DNA of 63,194 nt, the filler included, from Octopus bimaculoides (Eukaryota), in the NCBI RefSeq assembly GCF_001194135.2. It is 5 parts of 5 records of this genome, joined end to end, with 100 filler letters (N's around TTAATTAATTAA, not from the genome) between each part and the next. Parts side by side here need not be neighbours in the genome. Positions count along the whole stretch, not along the records: positions 1 to 31,179 come from NC_069003.1; 4 more parts are not named here. One strand, given 5' to 3'. The notes beneath the pieces were generated by a model. That model was not told the origin of the DNA. It did not search any database and saw nothing but the letters and a program-made list of their open reading frames with translations. The number at the start of each line of letters is the position of its first letter. Position 1 is the first letter of the stretch. Position numbers and translations under genes: made by a program. This document shows, piece after piece, positions 12,685 to 22,453 of the stretch.

Positions 12685-15600
12685 GTGTTGGTTTGTTTGC
12701 ATTCTTTTATACGTACCGGACCTGGTTTACAGACGGGGTGTTCCAGCTGAGTATCAAGAGCTCTGTTATAGATGGCCAGAGAATTGTAGCGGTAATGTTC
12801 AATGAGTTCGACCACCGAATCAAAAGTTAAAGGTTCAACAAATCCATATTTGTTGTTTTTGTGGTAAATTTTTATTAATTTATTGCTGCCGCCTTTCCTG
12901 CAAATTGCAAAATATTTCAGTTTTATATATTTTGCTTTTAAACAATTAGGATTTTTATCATTCAAATTTTCACGAAAATATTTTTCTCGGTATTTTTATA
13001 AATTATTTATTTCTATATCTGGTTTGCAAGATTCTTGATGTGAATTTGTGTTTTGAAACAGATTTTGTTTGTTCCTTGGGCAGGTCAGTATGCCAATATA
13101 AACACATGCACTGGTTCCATTTCACTATTATTGAATGAGAGAGCATTTTTATTTTTATTTATTTATTTTTTTTGTAATTTAAAACACTGCAGTATCCATG
13201 TTTAATTACATTCCCCTAATTTCAGGATTCAAATCCAACTAGCATCAATGTTTATAGGACCCCTATGAGTAAGATGGAATTCAATGAGGTAGATTTGCTA
13301 TCATTCAATCAATGATAAAAAATTCAGAAACTTGGGACAAATTTTAAAATGATCAACACTTTAGCATTTAAACTGGCCACATCCAACCCAAATAATTTAC
13401 TTGTTTACGATCAAACTGGTCTGATCCAGCCTCTCACACTCACCTTACAATGTCATTCTAAAAATAACAACCACATCACTGAAATCTCAAAGTTGTAAGA
13501 TGGATAATCTATGATTAATTTAAAACAAGATGAATAAATAAGCATTACACTTGAAGGAACGGCCTGAAATGGTAAAGGGGGACACATTTACTGCCATTTT
13601 CTTTTTCTCTGCAACCAGACTGAAAAAGCGAGACAGGGAGGGATTGAGGGGGGGGGGAAAGAGATAGAGGTAGCAGAATGAGTGTATAGATTGAGGGGTG
13701 AGGAGAGGCTTGCTTACCTGAGTGTTAGAGTGTAGTCACCATGCGTAGAGNNNNNNNNNNNNNNNNNNNNNNNNNNNNNNNNNNNNNNNNNNNNNNNNNN
13801 NNNNNNNNNNNNNNNNNNNNNNNNTCCCGAACCAAAAAGGTTCCATCTGACGTGTCCTTCAGCTTATCATTTACCTCTTCTCTGGAATATTAACAATACA
13901 AAAAATTAAGTATAATAATAATAATTCTTTCTTATTTCTTTATTGCCCACAAGGGGACAAACAAGGACAGACAAAGGGATTAAGTTGATTACATCGACCC
14001 CAGTGCGTAACTGGTACTTAATTTATCGACCCCGAAAGGATGAAAGGCAAAGTCGACCTCGGCGGAATTTGAACTCAACGTAACGGCAGACGAAATACCG
14101 CTAAGCATTTTGCCCAGTGTACTAACACGTCTGCCAGCTCACTGCCTTATAAGTATAATAATAATTCTCTCTACTAAAGGCACAAGGCGTGAAATTTTGG
14201 GGGAGGGGACTAGTCGATAACATCGACCCCAGTGCTTCACTGGTACTTAATTTATCAATTCTGAAAGGATGAAAGGCAAAGTCGACCCCAGCAGAATTTG
14301 AGTTCAGAATGTAAAGATGGACGAAATGACATTTAATAATTTTGCCTGGTGTGCTAATGATTCTGCCAGCTCGCAGCCTTAATAATAATAATAATCCTAA
14401 TAATAATGGTTTCAAAATTTTGCACAAGGCCAGCAAGTTCAGGGGAGGGGTTAAATTGATTACATTGATCCCAGTGCTCAACTGATGCTTCCTTATCGAC
14501 CCCGAAAGGAATAAAAACAAAGTTGACCTCTGCGAAATAATAATAATAATAATAATGTGGCAGCTACAAGAGTCCCTATTGTCATCGGAGCATTAGGTTC
14601 AACACCACCCAATCTGAAAAAACATCTGAAAACCTTAGAAATACCCTACAATCTAGGTGTATTGCAAAAATCGGCATTATTTGAAACGGCATGCATATTG
14701 CGTAAAGTACTGTCTGTCTGAGGTCCTTGCTGTCACTTGACAAACAGTACAAACCCCCAGTAGACACAATATGTTCAATGAGCAACCTCACGATATTGTA
14801 TACTGTGCTATGTCTATCATAATAATAATAATAATAATAATAATAACCATCCTTTNNNNNNNNNNGATTTGGCAGAGTTTCTACAGCTGGATGCCCTTCA
14901 ACCATCCTTTCTATTGGAGTCACAAGGCCTCAGATTTGTTGGGTGGGGACTAGTCGATTATACTGACCCCAGTGTTTCACTGGTACTAAATTTATGGACT
15001 CCGAAAGGATGAAAGGCAAAGTCGGCCTCAGTAGAATTTGAACTTAGAACGTAGCAACGGGTAAAATACAACAACAACAACAACAATAATAATAATAATA
15101 ATTTTGACAGAAAGGTAGCAGTTTCAAGGGAAGGGTTAAACCAATTACATTGAACCCAGTGCCCAACTGGTACTTATTTTATCAACCCCCAAAAGAACGA
15201 AAAGCAAAGTTGACCTCAGCAGAATTTAAACCCAGAACATACAGACAGACGAAATGCTGTTAACATTTCTACCAGTTTGCTGTCATAATAATAATAATAA
15301 AATTTTCTACTATAGGCACAAGGCCTGAAATTTTGGGGGAGGAGGATAGTTAATTACATTGACATCAGTACTTGACTGGTAACTAATTCACAACCCCAAA
15401 CGGATGAAAGGCAAAATCAACCTCGGTGGAATTTGAACTTGGAATGTAACGACGGACAAAATACCGCTAAGCTTTTTGCTTGGCATGCCTCTACTGGAGG
15501 CACAAGGCCTCAAATTAGTGGGGAGGGAACTAGTTGATCACATCGACCCTTATTGACCCCAAAAGGATGAAAGGCAAAGTCGACCTCAATGGAATTTGAA

Positions 15601-18600
15601 CTCAGAATGTAGCGACAGGTGAAATACCGCTTAGCATTTTGCCCGGCATGCTAACAATTCTGCCAGCTGGTAGTCTTTGCTGCTGTAATAATACTAATAA
15701 TATAGATTAGATCTGAACACAAAAGCAAAGAGAGGGGAGGTGCATGTGTGTGTGAGAGAAAGAGAGAGGAGGAAGGGAGACACTAACCTTGATAACTCGC
15801 CCCAGTACCACTCAGCGTCCTTCAGTTCATATTTGGCTGGAGTAGTTGGTGCATCATCTACAATGGAAGATAGGATTGAGGATTAGGGCAGCGTGTACAG
15901 GTGGTGACGGTGGTAACTAGTCTAGAAGTAAACCATGTGTGGCTATGGACATATAGGGGTACAGTGGGTGATAAAGAGGCATGGCAAAGTGGACGCTGCA
16001 ACAACAAACAAAAAGAAGTGTGTGTGTGTGTATATATATATATTCATACATTCTTGTGTATATATATATACCTATGCATGTGTATCTTTCAAAAAGAAGG
16101 AATGACACATAAGATAATTTGGCCCTAGATTGTCTGAATAAAAGAAAGGATGATCATGGCTGGAATATCATTAACCATTAGTCTGCTCAATCAGAGCTGA
16201 CTTTGATCTAAACAACACCAGCAGCAAAAACAAGTGGAATTGTAATAATAATAATAATAATAATAATAGTGACAAACAACTTACTGGGTCGCTTGGGTAT
16301 AGGGGGTGGATTATGAACATTTGGTTTTTCCACACCCCAATCCCCATAAGAAAGCAAGTTCTCAACCAGCTCAATGTGTAACTTTGTATTCTCCACAATT
16401 TCTCTATAAAAAATGGAAGAAAGAAAATCAAATAATTAAAATAGTAAAGAAAAAAAAAACAACAAAAAAACACAACCAAACACGCATGCTATTAACAAGG
16501 TGCATGGCTCAGTGGTTAGAGCATCAGGCTCGTAATGACAAGATAGTGAGTTTGATTCCCAGACGGATACAGTATGATACACTGATTGCCATTTTAAACT
16601 AATATTGCTTCTGTCACACATAATGAATACATATATATACCATCATCATTTTGTGTCTGTTTTCCAGACTTTCCAGACTATTTCTTATTTCTTATTTATT
16701 GCCCACAAGGGGCTAAACAGAGGGGACAAACAAGGACAGACAAAGAGATTAAGTCGATTACATCGACCCCAAAAAGATGAAAGACAAAGTTGACCTCAGC
16801 GGATTTTGAACTCAGAACATAAAGGCAGACGAAATACCGCTAAGAATTTCGCCTGGCGTGCTAACGTTTCTTATTTCTTTATTGCCGACAAAAGGCTAAA
16901 CATAGAGGGGACAAACAAGGACAGACAAAGGGATTAAGTCAATTACATCGACTCCAGTGCGTAACTGGTACTTACTTTATCGACCCCAAAAGGATGAAAG
17001 GCAAAGCCGACCTCGGCGGAATTTGAACTCAGAACGTAACGGAAGACGAAATACCGCTAAGCATTTCGCCTGGCGTCCTAACGATTCTGCCAGCACGCCG
17101 ACTTCTTACAATTNNNNNNNNNNNNNNNNNNNNNNNNNNNNNNNNNNNNNNNNNNNNNNNNNNNNNNNNNNNNNNNNNNNNNNNNNNNNNNNNNNNNNNN
17201 NNNNNNNNNNNNNNNNNNNNNNNNNNNNNNNNNNNNNNNNNNNNNNNNNNNNNNNNNNNNNNNNNNNNNNNNNNNNNNNNNNNNNNNNNNNNNNNNNNNN
17301 NNNNNNNNNNNNNNNNNNNNNNNNNNNNNNNNNNNNNNNNNNNNNNNNNNNNNNNNNNNNNNNNNNNNNNNNNNNNNNNNNNNNNNNNNNNNNNNNNNNN
17401 NNNNNNNNNNNNNNNNNNNNNNNNNNNNNNNNNNNNNNNNNNNNNNNNNNNNNNNNNNNNNNNNNNNNNNNNNNNNNNNNNNNNNNNNNNNNNNNNNNNN
17501 NNNNNNNNNNNNNNNNNNNNNNNNNNNNNNNNNNNNNNNNNNNNNNNNNNNNNNNNNNNNNNNNNNNNNNNNNNNNNNNNNNNNNNNNNNNNNNNNNNNN
17601 NNNNNNNNNNNNNNNNNNNNNNNNNNNNNNNNNNNNNNNNNNNNNNNNNNNNNNNNNNNNNNNNNNNNNNNNNNNNNNNNNNNNNNNNNNNNNNNNNNNN
17701 NNNNNNNNNNNNNNNNNNNNNNNNNNNNNNNNNNNNNNNNNNNNNNNNNNNNNNNNNNNNNNNNNNNNNNNNNNNNNNNNNNNNNNNNNNNNNNNNNNNN
17801 NNNNNNNNNNNNNNNNNNNNNNNNNNNNNNNNNNNNNNNNNNNNNNNNNNNNNNNNNNNNNNNNNNNNNNNNNNNNNNNNNNNNNNNNNNNNNNNNNNNN
17901 NNNNNNNNNNNNNNNNNNNNNNNNNNNNNNNNCTATAGCCTCGGGCCGACCAAAGCCTTGTGAGTGGATTTGGTAGACGGAAACTGAAAGAAGCCCGTCG
18001 TATATATATGTATATGTATGTGTGTGTATGTGTGTTTGTGTGTCTGTGTTTGTCCCTCCAACATCGCTTGACAACCGATGCTGGTGTGTTTACGTCCCCC
18101 GTAACTTAGGGGTTCGGCAAAATAGACCGATAGAATAAGTACTAGGCTTACAAAGAATAAGTCCTGAGGTCGATTTGCTCGACTAAAGGCGGTGCTCCAG
18201 CATGGCCACAGTCAAATGACTGAAACAAGTAAAAGAGAGAAAAGAGAAATCAAAAGAAGTGAAATGAATCAGACACAATCGTGTCGTTCTGCTAAATCAT
18301 TTCCAGTTTTCGTTATCCATGTTAAGCATCATTGATTATTCATTCATTAATTTCCTTTGACTCCATGTGGAGTGTAAAAGTGTCAACAAGATGTCGTCAT
18401 CTGGAATATGTGGTGAGCATCAGCTTATAGCAGCCCTGCACTATCAATTTTCTGCATTGCTATAGAAATACTAACAAAAGGACACGCTAATATAATATAG
18501 GGAGAATTTAGGGTGTGAGTAAAGGCACAAAACAAAATATTTATATGTAAAAGATACGAAGTGATGAGTAAACCAGAAATGGGGTGGGGGTACAAGGGTT

Positions 18601-21539
18601 TAGAAAGAGACAGAGTGAGGGGGATTTTTCCATTCATGATCAGCTATACTCGATTTATCAATATCCCTTAGTGTCACAGCTTTGCGATGTTCCATCACCC
18701 TTATTTTGAGGGGGCGATACATTTCGCCTTTGTATGAACTATAAATATCCATCAAATGTAAATAATGTACATAATTCCTCATCTCTTAAATATAGAACTG
18801 TATTAGAGTGAGGCGGGATTGAAAGAGTGTGAAAGAAAGGGAACACAAGAGGAAAAGAGAGAGAAAATAAAAATAGAAACAGTTCAGTTTTTTTTTTTTT
18901 GTGGTTTGTTGTTTGCAGAGCAAGCAAACTGGGGAAAGTGGAGTTATGTCCCTTGTACTAAATTGCCACGTTCCTATGGTTGTTTACACTGTTTCTAGTT
19001 TGTGATCGTCTTAACTTTGTCGTGTCACAGTAATTTCCTGATTTATATTTACAAAACCTTCGCCTATCCTGTATATCACATGATACACAGCACATATTTC
19101 CCTGGCGTCCATATAACATATATAATACACATTCTGAATATATTTTTAACTACCAGAATGCCTTGGGACTTACAAAGGAAGACTTTATATTAATTAGGAC
19201 AGTTAAACAAGGACTGACTGAAAACCTGAAAACAAGCAGAGACGTTTAGGACAAACTTATGAAAGTGCTTTAGAGAGGCAAAGGGTTCAGCCATCTTCAA
19301 TGTTATTCATCCTCCTCCTCTCGCGTCCGTTTTCCGTGCTGGCAGGAGTTGGACGGTTTAACCGCACCAGGTTCCAGTCTGATTCGGCTCGGTTTCCATG
19401 GCTAGACACTCTTCCTAATGCCAACCACTTTACAGTGTGTGCCGGGTGCTTTAAGCGTGCCACTGGCATGAGCGCCGCTTTTACGTGGAACTGGCACAAG
19501 TGTCTTCTATGTGGCACCAGCACTGGACTCTTGCAGGCCAATACTCTGATATGTTAAGGAATGGCCTTAAAAACATCCGTTGTGGAATACAGATCTTCTT
19601 GGGTACAGCAAGGCCTCAGATATCTCGGTCCTTCATCATCTCATCTGAAAATTTCAGTGTCCTGAGGTCCTCCTTCAGTACTTCATCCCCCACCTCCCTG
19701 GGTCTCCCTCTTCCACGTGTTCTATCCGCTTTGAGATTGGCACTTCTTTATGGAGCTGTCAGCATCCAACGCCAATGGCACAGCAGAACAAACCATTAGT
19801 ACTGGGGTGTACAACTTGTTTCAGCCCACCTGCCATCTTTTGCTGCTTAGCCCTCAACCACTCACCGATTAAAAAAAATATTCTTTGCTTCTTCGTTGAA
19901 GTAATAAAGGAGATTTTTTTTCTTCTCAATTTAATTCTTTTTAAAGCTTATTTTTCTTTCTTTTCTTTCTGCAAAAAAAGGTTCTTAATAAAAATTCATT
20001 CCATTTAAATTAAGTGTCTGAGATGAGTTAGCAACAGTAATATTTATCCCTGCTAATTAGCCTCATTTGTACAGATGAAAAGATATCTCATTTTCACAGA
20101 TTACACTGCTTCAATTAGTTTAATCGCTGATCTTCATTGGGTGTCTTATTTCCGACTGAATAAGAACAGGAGTGTGTGTGCGCAAATGCTGTTGTGTGTG
20201 GTTTGTATATGTGCTTTTGTGTACATATGGTGTGTGTTTGAGGTTTTGTGTTTGTGTGCATGTGGTTGTGGTTGCTTGTGTATGTAATAGCACATGTAAG
20301 TGGTTGCATATGTGGTTGTGTGTGTATGTGTGCATATGTGTGGTTATGTGTCTATGTAGTTGCGTGTGTATGAGGTTTTGTGTGCACGTGTGAATCGTTA
20401 GCTGTGTATGTATGTGGTCTAACCAGAAAGTGATACAATGGAATTCTGGGGAACTAGTGATGGTCTGTATCGACAACAAATGGTAATGGCAAATGAGTGC
20501 TGCACCAAGTGGAAGGAATAAGCCTGATTTGCAGAGAAGAGAGAAGATGAATGATTTTGTACCAATTTAGACCAGGAAATGTGTTATAGAGATACAACAG
20601 AAATGAACTTACCAGAATTAAAAGTTGCTTTCACTTTATTAATATCTTCTGTTCGTGCTGATATCCTATATACATTCATAGCTTGATCCTCTGCAAAACA
20701 GAGAGGTAACACAAAAATGGTCATCAATTGAAATAATGCTTTATGTCATCATCGTTTAATGTCTGCTTTCCATGCTAACATTGGGTTGGACAGTTTTGAC
20801 TGAGGACTGGCAAGCCAGTAGGCTGCATCAGGCTCCAATCTGATCAGACGTGTGTGCGTGTGTGTGTGTATATATATATATATACACACAAGTGTATATA
20901 CAAGAGCAATGCTGAAAAGTTCCTGCCTTTGGACAAAAAAAAAGAGAAGCAGTTTATTATGATTTTATCAAACATTCTCCACCACTCAGATTGACACATT
21001 TATTGCAGCGGGCTTTCAGTCTTCCTTAGCCCTGTAAAAGAACTTAGAAGGTTGGGTCTCCAACTAGGCATTTTGTGAGGGTCTTAAAGCCAGAGTCTTT
21101 TCACCACCCACTCATATATACACACAGACTCATACATACACATATTTATAGATATACATATATCTATATATATATATAAGTATATACATATGTATGTAAA
21201 TAAATATATATATATATATATGTATATAAATATATGTGTATATAAATATATGTATGTATGTATGTATGAAAAGACTATTTGCCAACATAATGTGGCAGCC
21301 CTGGATGGGACAGATATCACTGCTGTTTAGTCCCAGAAAACATAGTTTCCAGCTGGCCATATGACACAATATCTGTTTCCTTATACACTTTTTTCCTGGG
21401 GCTAAACAGTAATATTCGTCCCATCCAGGACTGCCACATTATGTTGGCAAATAGTTTTTATATACATACATACATATATATATATTTATATATATATACA
21501 CACACACACACACATATCTATTTATTTATTTATTTATTC

Positions 21540-21576
<37 letters not shown>

Positions 21577-21582
21577 TCTATT

Positions 21583-21628
<46 letters not shown>

Positions 21629-22422
21629 ATATACACACACACACATATCTATTTATATACATATATCTATCAATCTACATATACATACACATATATCTAT
21701 CTACATATACACATATACACACACACACATATATCTATCTACGTATATATACATACATACATATATATATGTATATTTATACATACACACACACATATAT
21801 ATATATATATGTATATTTATACATACACACACACATATATATATATATTTATATACATACACATATCTATATATATCTCAGTGTGTGTGTTTCAGTGTGC
21901 TGTGTGTGAGCACACACACACACACACACTTTATTTCATAAAATCTCTAACAAAACAGAGTCAGCCAGACGTAACACCCACATACACACAACCACTCATC
22001 GTACACATCAACATGCCTAAGCACACATAGAATGACACTTACTGTGATCAGAGCACCATTTTTCTATTTCCTGCACACATCGAATGGCTACAGCAGGAGC
22101 TTCTGTACTGGTTCGCTGTATTTCTTCAGCCAGATCGACACCAAAATAACTATCTAGAGTTTTAAAAACGAAAAACAAAATAATAATGATAATAATCTTT
22201 TCGACTATAGGCACAGGGCCTGAAATTTGTGGGAAGGGTATAGTCGATTACATCGACCCCAGTGTTTCGCTGGTACTTAATTTATCAACCCCGAAAGGAT
22301 GAAAGGCAAAGTCGACCTCAGCAGAATTTGAACTCAGAACAGAGCAACAGGCAAAATACTGCTAAGCATTTCGTCCAGTAAGCTAACGATTCTGTCAGCT
22401 CACTGCCTTAATAATGATAGTA

Positions 22423-22453
<31 letters not shown>

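Noticed and set aside
13925-15670. Regularly repeated core with intervening sequence, superficially CRISPR-like
   Set aside because: The units are about 200-bp diverged tRNA-SINEs with TAA tails in a eukaryotic intron, with no constant repeat-spacer lengths and no cas genes.
15858-15925. LPPSPP reading upstream of the nSH2 exon as the p85 proline-rich motif
   Set aside because: It is out of frame with the exon and stop-bounded; the real PPPIPKRP motif is in exon 16285-16403.
19045-19125. Open phase 1-2 segment ([16 protein letters not shown]...) that could bridge the RhoGAP phase mismatch
   Set aside because: It has weak splice sites, no RhoGAP similarity, and is far too short for the missing region.
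20424-20523. AG...GT-bounded open segment near the RhoGAP exon
   Set aside because: The phase 1 translation ([15 protein letters not shown]...) has no RhoGAP resemblance.
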